From Candidatus Thorarchaeota archaeon (lineage in GTDB: Archaea > Asgardarchaeota > Thorarchaeia > Thorarchaeales > Thorarchaeaceae): DNA of 53,305 nt. Each line of letters begins with the position of its first letter. The first letter of the stretch is position 1. Of the stretch, positions 1 to 10,042 are shown piece after piece. The notes below the pieces were generated by a model. The model made no database searches. It saw nothing but the letters and a program-made list of their open reading frames with translations, and was not told the DNA's origin. The position numbers and the translations under genes are program-made. The stretch lies in contig JBHIAE010000021.1 in assembly GCA_046758445.1 (NCBI GenBank), forward strand, positions 1 through 53,305, given 5' to 3'.

Positions 1-65
1 TGGACCGGCTTCTTGAGCTAGGTGTTATGAGAGTCCCTGAAGAGTGGGACCTCGATGAGGATTAG
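1..65 (+). CDS. 3' end of a truncated CDS, probably a TATA-binding protein paralog
   Basis: The frame starting at nt 3 reads DRLLELGVMRVPEEWDLDED* (preceded by TG, likely the end of ATG). This matches the C-terminus of the TBP at 21552-22169 (MDRLLELDLMRTWEVEENG) and has an acidic tail typical of archaeal TBPs. Confidence 0.55.
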   Translation, partial: DRLLELGVMRVPEEWDLDED

Positions 66-141
66 TACTGAGTTCAGAAGCGGTGCTGGAGTCCTACTTT
101 CGGTCGCCGAACCTCAGAATCCGGGATTCCAGTACATCTAT

Positions 142-1605
142 TCATTCAATGTCAAGGATTTCTTCTACAAGAGCTATCTTCTCATCTAGATTGGCTTGAC
201 GAGAAATCATGATACGTTGTGCTTGTGGAGACCCTGCGCCATGCATGGACTCAGTCTTGTAGCTTAATGAGGCTACTCCCATACTCATGTTCTCAATGAA
301 TCTCATGAGCCGGTATCGATCGTCCGGAGAAACACCTTCGCACGTTGATAGAAACTTCTTGATCAATGGGCCAATCTCTGGGTCATCGATGTCAGCCTGA
401 GAAGGCATCGTGCATATGATTCCGCCTGCGATATCTTCCGCAAGCCGTCCAATTTCATATGGAAAACGAGTGACATTCTGCTTGTTGACATTCGCGAGCA
501 GCATGTCCATCTCATAGTTCCCTGCCTCACGCTGGAAACCCTTGGCACTACAAGCAACGCTGCAACAGAACAGCGTTTCATTCAGGTGGACCATTTCTAC
601 AATCTTGTCACGTACATGAGATGCCCTGTCCACTCCATTGTATTGGGCTGCCAGAGCTGTCGCTCCGATTAGAACATCACCTACTCCCGTCTTGCATGCG
701 TACGACTGTCGATGATAACCTGCAAACCTATTCACAAGCTCCCCAGTGAACTCAGTCTCTCCGTTCAGGAAGACATGATTGTGAGGGACAAACACGTCAT
801 CAAATATGACGAAGACCTCTTGTCCCCCATACTTCCAGTTGCCGATGTCCAACTTCCCATCTTCCAGTTTTCGAGTGTCTGAAGTCTGCCTACCGTAGAC
901 CATCGTTATGCCCTTGGCATCAGTGTCCACACCGAAGCTGACTGCGTACTTCTCCTCGCCTTCCCTCATTGCCAGAGTTGGCATAACAACTGCTCTGTGC
1001 GAGTTCAAGAAACCAGTCTGGTGCACCTTTGCTCCACGTACGATGATGCCCTTGTCATTCTCTTCAACGATGTGAAGGTATGCATCTGGGTCTGGCTGTT
1101 CGACAGGGCGCTTGCTGCGGTCTCCCTTGGTGTCTGTCATAGAGCCAGCAACAAACAGGTCCTGGGACTGAACTTCGGACCAGTATTTCTTGAATCTCTC
1201 ATGGTACTCTGTGTCATGTTTCTTGTCTATCTCGTAGGTTACACTATACAAGGCATTCGCGGCATCAAATCCGACACAACGCATGAAACAGCACGAGGTC
1301 TTCTGGCCCATCAGTCTCTGCATCTGAACTTTTTTCATGAGGTCTTCAACAGACCCGTGAATGTGAGTGAACCGATTCACCTTCTCGCCTGTAAGATGAG
1401 AAGTAGCTATCATGAGATCACTGTACTCTTCCATTTGGGCTAGTTCGTACGTCCTCATGGCGGTGTTTATTGAAGGCACAATGATCGGGTGTTCCCAGAA
1501 CTTCTCGACCTTCTCACCGAACATGTAGAGATTGACGTCCCTCTGGATGCTCTTTTGATACTCTTGCGGAGTCTTCAGCGGCAATTCATTGACACTCCTG
1601 GTCAA
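142..1605 (-). CDS. abfD: 4-hydroxybutyryl-CoA dehydratase / vinylacetyl-CoA isomerase (HpaB/AbfD family)
   Basis: CFMRC and HRQSYACK Fe-S ligand motifs, MTDTKGDR, RGAKVHQTG, ESMHGAGSPQAQR; 487 aa. Confidence 0.9.
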   Translation of the reverse strand: MTRSVNELPLKTPQEYQKSIQRDVNLYMFGEKVEKFWEHPIIVPSINTAMRTYELAQMEEYSDLMIATSHLTGEKVNRFTHIHGSVEDLMKKVQMQRLMGQKTSCCFMRCVGFDAANALYSVTYEIDKKHDTEYHERFKKYWSEVQSQDLFVAGSMTDTKGDRSKRPVEQPDPDAYLHIVEENDKGIIVRGAKVHQTGFLNSHRAVVMPTLAMREGEEKYAVSFGVDTDAKGITMVYGRQTSDTRKLEDGKLDIGNWKYGGQEVFVIFDDVFVPHNHVFLNGETEFTGELVNRFAGYHRQSYACKTGVGDVLIGATALAAQYNGVDRASHVRDKIVEMVHLNETLFCCSVACSAKGFQREAGNYEMDMLLANVNKQNVTRFPYEIGRLAEDIAGGIICTMPSQADIDDPEIGPLIKKFLSTCEGVSPDDRYRLMRFIENMSMGVASLSYKTESMHGAGSPQAQRIMISRQANLDEKIALVEEILDIE

Positions 1606-1697
1606 ATCAGCACGAAGAACCTTTGTCCCTCATAGGTCTTTTGCACTGACGAAGTAGAGAACATGAGGATGAAATCTGCTGCTCAGGCCCTGCACTT

Positions 1698-2870
1698 CTA
1701 AAAGAGTGGAATCATCTCCCACAATGGAGGGATGCAGAGAACCAAGATTATCATGGCAACCACAAAGAGAACCTTTCGCCAGGCAGACACTTCTATTGTG
1801 TCATTGAGAGGTCCTGGGTGTTCTCCACCTTGGGAGATCACAAGAATCAGAATGGCCATCATGTAGAAGCGTGCCAGTATCATTGCAGCTATGCCCATCC
1901 AACCGATGATCCTGTGCTTCTGCGAGTCAACAATCGCACGAAGTGCATGACCTCCATCAAGCTGCGATATCGGAAACAGGTTCAGAGCTGTGACTAGCAT
2001 GCCAATCCAACTGGCAAACGCAAGTGGGTGCATGTAGAGTGTACCCCCAGCTGGAATGAAGTCTCCAAACAGCAGCTCGATTAGCTGAAAGAGATATGGA
2101 ACACCCATTGACCCCGACATCCCTGGATAGGTTCTATCGATTGCCGCTACCTGTTCTGCCGTCAGGGGCACGGACATGAAGAAGCCCAGGAGCAGGACTA
2201 CAAAGGTCACGACGAAGCCAGCGAGCGGACCAGCGACGCCCATGTCGAAGAGGTCTCTTCTGTTTATGGGAGGACTCTTCTGTTGAATGAAAGCGCCGAA
2301 CGTTCCTATTGGAGGTATTCCCGGAATGAAGTATGGGGGCGTTGCCTCAATTCCGAGCTTCTTACTTGTCAAGTAATGGCCCATTTCATGAGTGAAGATA
2401 ATGCCCATCAGGGCTGCAATGAAGATCAGGGTTTCCCAAATGAGATTCATGTAGGTGAATCCGTTTGGATAGAAGAGGGTTATGAATACAGGACTCGAGG
2501 CCTGCATGAATCCGGCAAGCGCAATGGTTCCCATTGTTGCCACAAAGAGACCATAATTGATCCGAATGTCAGACTTTGGAGGCTTCTCTTTTGGCACAAA
2601 ACGAATGACGTACTCTCCAGCACTCTTGTCTCTCCATCTGACGACAGGCCACACCTTTAGTCGCTCAGAATTCTTGTTGATGTCCTCAAACACTCTGTCC
2701 TGTTCATCTATCTCAGGTATCCCATCAGTCTTCCAACGAACAACGAATGTAGGTAGCCCATGGACATACCGTTCGTCCAGCACCTCGAAGTGGTCCCTCA
2801 GGATGAAGTCCAATTCAGCATGTGTTGGATAGGTGATCATTGTGGTTTCATATTCGTCTTCAATGGACAC
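1698..2870 (-). CDS. site-2 protease (M50) membrane zinc metalloprotease
   Basis: HEMGH, AGPLAG and NLFPISQLDGGH motifs, multiple TM segments. Start trimmed to the GTG at 2870 (alternatively ATG 2840) to avoid overlapping the upstream gene. Confidence 0.9.
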   Translation of the reverse strand: MSIEDEYETTMITYPTHAELDFILRDHFEVLDERYVHGLPTFVVRWKTDGIPEIDEQDRVFEDINKNSERLKVWPVVRWRDKSAGEYVIRFVPKEKPPKSDIRINYGLFVATMGTIALAGFMQASSPVFITLFYPNGFTYMNLIWETLIFIAALMGIIFTHEMGHYLTSKKLGIEATPPYFIPGIPPIGTFGAFIQQKSPPINRRDLFDMGVAGPLAGFVVTFVVLLLGFFMSVPLTAEQVAAIDRTYPGMSGSMGVPYLFQLIELLFGDFIPAGGTLYMHPLAFASWIGMLVTALNLFPISQLDGGHALRAIVDSQKHRIIGWMGIAAMILARFYMMAILILVISQGGEHPGPLNDTIEVSAWRKVLFVVAMIILVLCIPPLWEMIPLF

Positions 2871-2958
2871 TACATCTATCTCCAATCTTGCACGATTGAT
2901 TTGAACTCGGGATTCTCCGCTATTAAGAGTATTCGCTTGGGCAGGTCGAAATGCGAGC

Positions 2959-5325
2959 CTACTGGGGGTTTCTGTTCCTAAGAATTGTTGGAAGGTCCAC
3001 TCGGCCAAGAACTCTCACAAGCGGAATTACAGACACCACGGCGGCAACGATTGGGATTGCGATGCTCACAACCATAGGAACAAGACGTACGTAGAATTCC
3101 ATCACGCTCAAAGTCTGACTCATCAGAGGAACCCACACGTAGCCGAGATAGATCGAGGGTGGGATGGAAAGAATGGTGCCGATGATTGAGATGAGAAACA
3201 CCTCGCCGATGAGGATGTTCCTTAGATTCCGCCGGTCAAACCCAATTGCCTCGAGCTGAGCAAATTCGGGCATCCGCTCCATCGTGGTGATGTTGGTCGT
3301 CGTCCAAATGACCAAGAATACGATAGCAACACACATCGCGATGAGGAACCATAGGATTAGGTCGTAGAATCGAAACACTTCTTTTATCCCGTTTGCGGCT
3401 TCTTCGTGAGTTTGAACGCTCTCGACAATGTCGCTCTGCGCTATTGCGCTCTTGACGGACTCGATGTTTGTACCTGCACTAACATCAACAAATGCTCCAG
3501 AGAGAAGAGTTTCATTATCCGGTGCAGGAGCCTTCGAGTAGTCAATGAAGACCGACCTAAAGATTGACTTCGCAATTCCAACTACTGTGAATGCTTCCGT
3601 TGTACCAGCAATCGAGATGTCAAGTTGATTGCCAACGGTCACTCCGCGTGCTTCGGCAATACGCGTTTCCACGACGGCTTCATTGTTCGTCAAGATCTCC
3701 CTCCCTTCCTCCATCTCGAATGATTGTAGCGTCCCAGACGACTCATAGAAGAGGATTTCAAATGGATGCTGAGTACCTGCGAGTTCGGAGAAATAGGACA
3801 CCTTAAAGTACCGCTCGTAGGTTTCAACCTTCAGCGAGTCAAGGATAGTTTCAAGCTCACTCGAAGGCACGGGGTTTCTCATGTCCACGACCAAGTCCCA
3901 GCTCGAATACGCATCCATGTGAACATCGACGCTGAGATAGATGCTGTCGATGTATAGAACAGTGTTCATGACTGAAAAGGACCCAATTAGAATACCAAAG
4001 CAAAGCATCGCGGTACGCATCTTCTGCTTGCTTAAGCTGCGTGCAGCATACCTGAAGGAGTAGGAAACCTTAGTGATGCGTTCTCCAATCGCCTCCAGAA
4101 GAGTTCTCTCAGTAGGTTGGGGGTCGTATTCCAGTCCCCGTAGAACACGAATTGGTTCTAGTTTGGAGATGCGGCATATTGGAGAGATGGACGCAAGAAG
4201 GGCAGTGACCGGAGCAGAAAGCGACCCAAAGATGAACACATCGGGAGGAACGGGACCAGACACCACGGCCATATTCCAATCAGCGAACAACGCCACCATT
4301 AGCCAGACAGTCACGGGCGTAGCTATCAAGGTCGCTATGATTGCAGAGATGAACGTCAAACCCACAAACACAAAGATGAACCCAGACTCGATAGTTCTCG
4401 GATGGTACCCGAGTGATACAAGCACTCCCAGAGACTGCCTTTGATCCTCAATGACTCTCCGTACAACGACATAGACAACCACTGTCGATGTAAGAAGGAC
4501 GATGGCGGACATTATCAACGTCATTTCCTGACCCATCTGTAGTTCGGCAATACCTGCCATCTCACCGAGAAGGTCAGATCCTCTGAAGATGAAGTAGATC
4601 TCCTCACCTTGAAGCACCTCCAACACTTTCTCTGTTGCGGTCTCGTGATCAACCCCTTCGTGAAATATCACTGAGAACTCATTGACCATTCCCGGTTGAC
4701 TTGCAAGATTGGAGAGTACTGAAATGTCTATGAAAAGTGGAGCTGATGAGCCGTGCTGTGGGATCAGCTGCCTAGGATTGGTCGCAGGGACAAGGTATTC
4801 TATTGTCCAGACAATCCCAACTATTCTTAGAGGCGTCCTTACACCGAATAGCTCTACAATCACTGTGTCGTTTATCTCAACATCCTGAGCATTGGCGAAG
4901 TGAATCTCTGCCAATGCAGTCATGTTATCTTCGGGGTCAAGATAGCTGCCTTCTCGAAGATTCAGCTTGAAGATATCAGGCATTGTCGAAGGGTTGACGC
5001 CAAAGAGGTCGCCAGATAATCGTCTGCCATCAGCGAGCTCTACTATTCCTGACACGTCATAGCGTGTGTTGGCTACTTCGACTTCCTGGAGGTTTCTGAT
5101 TGAGTCCACAAGAGCCGGATCCGAGCCGTAAGTGAGAACCGAAAGGTCCGCCATGCCCTCGTCTTCGATGGTCTGCTCAACACTCATGTCGGTAAGGACA
5201 AACATCGACTGCATGACGACGTACGTTAGAGACCCACTGAGTACTAGAGCCAGAGCACTCACAAGACCCAGCCGCTGCCTATTGAGATCTCTGAAGATCT
5301 TCTTCATCAGCAGGGCACGAGTCAT
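2959..5325 (-). CDS. ABC transporter permease, FtsX/MacB-like, with duplicated halves
   Basis: Two repeats of TM, large extracellular domain and three TMs, with LGVLVSLGY and FAQLEAIGF motifs. Start taken as the ATG at 5325, just after the ATPase gene. Confidence 0.85.
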   Translation of the reverse strand: MTRALLMKKIFRDLNRQRLGLVSALALVLSGSLTYVVMQSMFVLTDMSVEQTIEDEGMADLSVLTYGSDPALVDSIRNLQEVEVANTRYDVSGIVELADGRRLSGDLFGVNPSTMPDIFKLNLREGSYLDPEDNMTALAEIHFANAQDVEINDTVIVELFGVRTPLRIVGIVWTIEYLVPATNPRQLIPQHGSSAPLFIDISVLSNLASQPGMVNEFSVIFHEGVDHETATEKVLEVLQGEEIYFIFRGSDLLGEMAGIAELQMGQEMTLIMSAIVLLTSTVVVYVVVRRVIEDQRQSLGVLVSLGYHPRTIESGFIFVFVGLTFISAIIATLIATPVTVWLMVALFADWNMAVVSGPVPPDVFIFGSLSAPVTALLASISPICRISKLEPIRVLRGLEYDPQPTERTLLEAIGERITKVSYSFRYAARSLSKQKMRTAMLCFGILIGSFSVMNTVLYIDSIYLSVDVHMDAYSSWDLVVDMRNPVPSSELETILDSLKVETYERYFKVSYFSELAGTQHPFEILFYESSGTLQSFEMEEGREILTNNEAVVETRIAEARGVTVGNQLDISIAGTTEAFTVVGIAKSIFRSVFIDYSKAPAPDNETLLSGAFVDVSAGTNIESVKSAIAQSDIVESVQTHEEAANGIKEVFRFYDLILWFLIAMCVAIVFLVIWTTTNITTMERMPEFAQLEAIGFDRRNLRNILIGEVFLISIIGTILSIPPSIYLGYVWVPLMSQTLSVMEFYVRLVPMVVSIAIPIVAAVVSVIPLVRVLGRVDLPTILRNRNPQ

Positions 5326-5330
5326 TGATC

Positions 5331-6044
5331 CTAGTCCTCCGTAGGACCCTCTGTAATCCCCCATATTTGTCCAGACCTTAGGAACACCGACCTGTGTGCG
5401 ATCTTGGATACAGACGTTTGGTGCGTAACTGCGATGATGGTAGCCCCAGTTTCTCGGTTCATTCTAAGTATAAGCGACCATATCTCTTCGGATGTTTCTG
5501 CATCGAGATTTCCCGTTGGCTCATCAAGTACTAGAAGAGGTGGTTCCTTTGCCAGGCCCCTCGCGAGGGCGACCCTCTGCTGCTCTCCCCCACTAATCTG
5601 TGACGGAAAGTTGTATGCCTTCTCAGCAATCCCTACCAGCTCGAGATACCTCAGGGCCCTGTCGCGCAGCTCTTCCTTCTCTAGTGCAAACGAGATTCCA
5701 ATCTCCACATTCTCAAGGACATTTAATGTAGCGAAGAGATTGAAAGACTGAAAGACTATGCCTACATTGTGTCGGCGAAAGTGAGTCCTTTCGTCCCTGT
5801 CCAATGACGATATGACCTGATCGCCAACAGTCACAGACCCGGCCGAAGGAGTGTCAAGACCTGAGATCATGTTGAGAAGTGTCGTCTTCCCGGAGCCAGA
5901 TTGGCCAAGAACAGCTATGAACTCCCCCTTCATGATGTCGAGAGAGACGCCTCGAAGAGCCTGGACTGTCACTTCACCCATCTGATAATCGCGAACTACA
6001 TCCGAGATTACAACCTCTTGTTGTGTGGCTATTGCCATCATCAA
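5331..6044 (-). CDS. ABC transporter ATP-binding protein (LolD/MacB type)
   Basis: Walker A GQSGSGKT, signature ISGGEQQR, Walker B/D-loop LVLDEPTGNLD, H-loop VTH. Confidence 0.95.
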   Translation of the reverse strand: MMMAIATQQEVVISDVVRDYQMGEVTVQALRGVSLDIMKGEFIAVLGQSGSGKTTLLNMISGLDTPSAGSVTVGDQVISSLDRDERTHFRRHNVGIVFQSFNLFATLNVLENVEIGISFALEKEELRDRALRYLELVGIAEKAYNFPSQISGGEQQRVALARGLAKEPPLLVLDEPTGNLDAETSEEIWSLILRMNRETGATIIAVTHQTSVSKIAHRSVFLRSGQIWGITEGPTED

Positions 6045-6169
6045 GACCTCGCTAACTTCAGGATAACTTGTCGATTCGGAGAATATGAATAGACGCGAAA
6101 ACTCTGTCTACTCCGACTACGGAAATAACTGTTTATACAGAATGTACTTATACGTAAAGACTGATTTAC

Positions 6170-6772
6170 GTGTTATTGATGACCAATCTTCAGACCATAG
6201 CGAAGGCACTCTCGAATTCAGTCAGAATTGATGTCCTCGAATATCTTCTTGAGAAGAGAGTGGCCAATAAGAGTGATCTGCTGGCCAGAACCAATCTCGA
6301 GAGAGCCGCACTGGACCATCATCTTAGACCTCTTCTTGCAGCAGGACTGATAGGAATCGTGGATGTTACAATTGACAAGATTAAGAACTCTTTGTGTTTC
6401 CCTGCTGCTTCAATAACACTTACCAAGAATCCAGAGCTGTCTTCAGAAGGAATTAGGTCTCTCCTTGGGACCGAGGTTGAGAGCGATGTAGATCATTCTG
6501 AGATTGAGGAGAGAGCTCAGAGAGCTATTAGGCTTGGGGAGATTAGTAGAGAGGATGCAAAGGCAATCCTCAGAACCTTGTTCGAACATAGGGGAAGAGG
6601 TACAAAGAACACATGTACTTCTTGTGGTAGAATCAAGAAGATGACGTACCTATCACTCTGCGACAACTGCCTTCGCCCTGCGTGCAAGGACTGTGTCGAA
6701 ACAGTACAAAGAACTGAGGGCGAAACACAAACGATATGCGACAGATGCGTTCGGGAAATGTTTGGGTCGTAG
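6170..6772 (+). CDS. ArsR-like winged-helix protein with a C-terminal 8-Cys double zinc finger
   Basis: N-terminal AKALSNSVRIDVL...LDHHLRPLLAAGLI; C-terminal CTSC/CDNC/CKDC/CDRC. Divergent from the ABC operon. Confidence 0.75.
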   Translation: MLLMTNLQTIAKALSNSVRIDVLEYLLEKRVANKSDLLARTNLERAALDHHLRPLLAAGLIGIVDVTIDKIKNSLCFPAASITLTKNPELSSEGIRSLLGTEVESDVDHSEIEERAQRAIRLGEISREDAKAILRTLFEHRGRGTKNTCTSCGRIKKMTYLSLCDNCLRPACKDCVETVQRTEGETQTICDRCVREMFGS

Positions 6773-6788
6773 ACACTAGTGCTACTCT

Positions 6789-8702
6789 CTACAGCACGAG
6801 ATTGTTAGCGTAGTCAAATGCATTATGAACAATGTCCAATAAGCCATCTTGCCCCGCCGCGCTGCCGACGACATCCAAGGGGAGTCCTCTTTCGGTCGCA
6901 GCGTCAACGAGTCTTGTTCGTGGCTGGGGCTTAGCTGCGACAACCACTGTGTCTGCCTCAAAGAGTGTCAAATCATCCTCGGTGTCTATCTGAATGTAGC
7001 TGCTCGTTACCTGAGATATCTTCGTACTAGTATGTACATCGACGCCTCGATCACACAGACTCTTCAGTATCACCCATCGAGTCGTACGACCGAGGTCAGT
7101 ACCCAAGGCACTATCACGCTCGAATATGTCAACAGACCTTGAGCGAGAACTCAGATAGATTGCGGCAAAGCAACCTCGGGAGTTGCCTCCAATCACCGAA
7201 ACACGCCCAAGATCGTTAGGTGTCATAGATATGGCATCTCGAGCAGTGGTCACATGCGGAAGCTCAACACCTTCTATCGGCGGCGCGGTTGCTACGGTAC
7301 CTATTGCAAAAACAATCCTGTCATAGGAATGTTTGCGTATCTCATCAACATCAGCACTCATTCCAAGTTTCAAATCAACTCCAAGACGTTTCATCTCTAG
7401 CCACATGTGAGTCACGTACGCACCAAACTCACCACGCCCTGGAATCCTAGCGGCAAGATTTAGGAGACCGCCAGGGCGCGTCTTCTCTTCGTATAATGTG
7501 ACTTGGAATCCGCGCGTCGCCAAGACCCTTGATGCTTCCAGTCCTGCAGGGCCAGCTCCAATCACGGCAATCTTCCCCTTGCCAGGTGGACCTATCGTTC
7601 TCTTGTCTTCGAAAGATGCCTGAGCATTGAGTGCGCAAGTCACAGGTTGTAGTGCGAAGACCTTGTCAAGACATCCCTGATTGCAGCCAATACATGGTCG
7701 GATGCCACGGAATTCACCTGTTCGAATCTTCGACATTATCTCCGGGTCGGTTATAAAGCCCCTTGACATGCCAATTAGCTGGACCTTGCCCCTTGCAAGG
7801 ATGCGCTCTGCCACTGTGGGGCTGTTAATTCTGTTGCAGGCTACCACTGGCACGTCTACTGACTCAGCTATTCCTTCAGCAAGGTAAGCATAATGTCCTC
7901 GAGGAACATCCATTGTGATCTGAGGTATTCTCGTTTCGTGCCATCCGCCCGTTACATCAATGCAGTCAACTCCAGCCTCTACCAGCCTAGGGGCCAGAGT
8001 CTTGTTGTCCTTCAATGTGTTCCCGTCTGGAACAAAGTCTTCTCCACTCATTCGGTAGAGTATCGGATAACTATCCCCGGTTGCAGACCTAACAGCCTCA
8101 ACTATCTCAAGGGCGAATCTCGCCCTCTTCTCCAGGTCGCCTCCATATTCATCCTTCCTCTTGTTGGTGGCTTTTGCCAGAAACTGATTGATGATGTATC
8201 CTGCCGATCCAATGATCTCCACAGCGTCGAAACTTGCTTTCTTGGCTCTCCCCGCAGCCTCACCGAAGTTGCTGACAGTCTTGTGAATCTCATCAATGGT
8301 CAAAGCGCGAGGGCTTTCACGCGTCAGCCGGCATGGAACCTCAGAAGCTGATACTGCCTGCTCCCCAAGGAAGATGGAATGAACATACCTCCCTGCATGA
8401 TATAGCTGAGCAGCTACTGGAACGTCAAAGGCATGAATTGTGTCTGTTAGCCGCGTCAGACCTTCAATATGCTCATCACGACTAATCCCGACCATAGTTG
8501 GACCGCTTGAACCGTAGCGTTCAGTGTAGCATCCACCTACGACTATTAGACCAGGACGGTGTCGTGCCCTCTCGCGATAGAAGCTGATGAGTTGATCTGT
8601 GACAACACCATCTTCTTCACAATACCCCACGTGTGTGGCCAGCTGCACTATTCTGTTGTCCAAAGGTAGGGACTTGATAGTCAACGGTTCAAGAAGCCGC
8701 AC
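6789..8702 (-). CDS. fadH: 2,4-dienoyl-CoA reductase-like NADH:flavin oxidoreductase (OYE plus FAD domain)
   Basis: QLYHAGRY, GSAGYIINQFL, NKRKDEYGG, TGGWHETRIP, 4Fe-4S motif CIGCNQGC, GAGPAG. Confidence 0.85.
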   Translation of the reverse strand: MRLLEPLTIKSLPLDNRIVQLATHVGYCEEDGVVTDQLISFYRERARHRPGLIVVGGCYTERYGSSGPTMVGISRDEHIEGLTRLTDTIHAFDVPVAAQLYHAGRYVHSIFLGEQAVSASEVPCRLTRESPRALTIDEIHKTVSNFGEAAGRAKKASFDAVEIIGSAGYIINQFLAKATNKRKDEYGGDLEKRARFALEIVEAVRSATGDSYPILYRMSGEDFVPDGNTLKDNKTLAPRLVEAGVDCIDVTGGWHETRIPQITMDVPRGHYAYLAEGIAESVDVPVVACNRINSPTVAERILARGKVQLIGMSRGFITDPEIMSKIRTGEFRGIRPCIGCNQGCLDKVFALQPVTCALNAQASFEDKRTIGPPGKGKIAVIGAGPAGLEASRVLATRGFQVTLYEEKTRPGGLLNLAARIPGRGEFGAYVTHMWLEMKRLGVDLKLGMSADVDEIRKHSYDRIVFAIGTVATAPPIEGVELPHVTTARDAISMTPNDLGRVSVIGGNSRGCFAAIYLSSRSRSVDIFERDSALGTDLGRTTRWVILKSLCDRGVDVHTSTKISQVTSSYIQIDTEDDLTLFEADTVVVAAKPQPRTRLVDAATERGLPLDVVGSAAGQDGLLDIVHNAFDYANNLVL

Positions 8703-8708
8703 CGTGTT

Positions 8709-9551
8709 TCACTTCCCGTAGAACGCAAACCAGTGGTCAACAGCTGACGGAAGTCGATTCTCTCTGCCCTCAAGGTGGTGTTCAGGATACATCTCTAGTT
8801 CCAAGTACTTGTCAGCCGATACTCCTCTCACTAATGCATCCTTGACACTCTTTCGCAGACTCTTGAGGAAATCCAGCTCATTTGCCACGTCCGATTTCTC
8901 ACACATGGGGCCATGACCAGGAATTACCTCCCTGAAGTCACTCTTGATGATATCTTCAAGCGCGATAATCCATTCGTCCGGATGACAAGTAGGATCTCCT
9001 GCATATGGGAAGGACTTGTTGAAGATCAAATCACCAACAAAGACAACATGCTCAGGTTCCACCACGACAATGGACGACCCAGCAGTATGACCACCCATGT
9101 GGAAAGCCACTATCTCACCCTTGTCACCAAGTGTCAGCTTCCTATCGAATACCTCCTCGGGTACTAGGATTCTCAGGTCTTGAAGTGCATCCCATAGCTC
9201 AGGTCTATCTTCTTGTACAGGTGAGTAGCTCTCGAGAAGTGTGTCCCGCTCCCAGCTACCCTCAAGGTTGCGGACACAGATGTCCCTGGTCGCTACTGAG
9301 CTGATTACTCTGACTGGCTCAAATGCCTGCGCTCCGAAGAGATGGTCTGCATGGTAGTGAGTGAGTAGAATTCGCTCTGTTCGGAGATTGTGCTCATCCT
9401 CCAACTGCTCCCGCGTCTGGTGGCTCTTTGTGTGTATCATTCCAGAATCGACCATGACAATCTGATCGTCAAGCACGATTGCACCGAAATTGCCGCCATT
9501 CTCTCCGCTGGTATCTGCGTAGACCTTACCAGCTACTTCCTCCAGAACCAT
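8709..9551 (-). CDS. metallo-beta-lactamase fold hydrolase
   Basis: THYHADH, GHT, GDL and PGHG motifs. Start taken as ATG 9551. Confidence 0.9.
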   Translation of the reverse strand: MVLEEVAGKVYADTSGENGGNFGAIVLDDQIVMVDSGMIHTKSHQTREQLEDEHNLRTERILLTHYHADHLFGAQAFEPVRVISSVATRDICVRNLEGSWERDTLLESYSPVQEDRPELWDALQDLRILVPEEVFDRKLTLGDKGEIVAFHMGGHTAGSSIVVVEPEHVVFVGDLIFNKSFPYAGDPTCHPDEWIIALEDIIKSDFREVIPGHGPMCEKSDVANELDFLKSLRKSVKDALVRGVSADKYLELEMYPEHHLEGRENRLPSAVDHWFAFYGK

Positions 9552-9664
9552 AGCAAAGCCCTTCCACTTGTATTTGATATAGTTGTCCATCCAGGGTGAA
9601 GAGTCAGGTCATATCTCAGACCATATCACCATGTTTTAGAGGCTTATAGCGAGAGTTCCCTGAA

Positions 9665-10015
9665 GTGATAGGAATGTCAGAGTCAATAAAAGACCTTGCA
9701 GCACTCACCTGTGTACCATGTCGCGGAGGTATTCCTCCACTCGAGTCACTCCGAATCGAAGAACTGATGAAGGCCGTTCCTGGTTGGACTCACAAAAGGG
9801 ACGGGGTCGACAAGATAGAGAGGAAATACAAGTTCAAGAACTTCAAGAAGTCAATGGAGTTTGTCAACAAAGTTGCTGAAATAGCCGAAGAACAAGATCA
9901 TCATCCAGACATGCTCATTCATTGGAATGAGGTGACTCTAACGTTCTGGACTCACGCCATTGAGGGTCTACACGACAACGATTTCATAATGGCAGCGAAG
10001 ATTGACGAACTTTGA
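9665..10015 (+). CDS. pterin-4-alpha-carbinolamine dehydratase
   Basis: AEEQDHHPD, WTHAIEGLHDNDFIMAAKID, N-terminal CVPCRGG. Confidence 0.92.
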   Translation: MIGMSESIKDLAALTCVPCRGGIPPLESLRIEELMKAVPGWTHKRDGVDKIERKYKFKNFKKSMEFVNKVAEIAEEQDHHPDMLIHWNEVTLTFWTHAIEGLHDNDFIMAAKIDEL

Positions 10016-10042
10016 GAAACATGCAAATACTATGATGCATAC

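Noticed and set aside
66-141. Self-complementary segments between convergent genes (possible SECIS or ncRNA)
   Set aside because: No in-frame UGA selenoprotein candidate in the visible flanking sequence. The pairing is short and more simply explained by termination.
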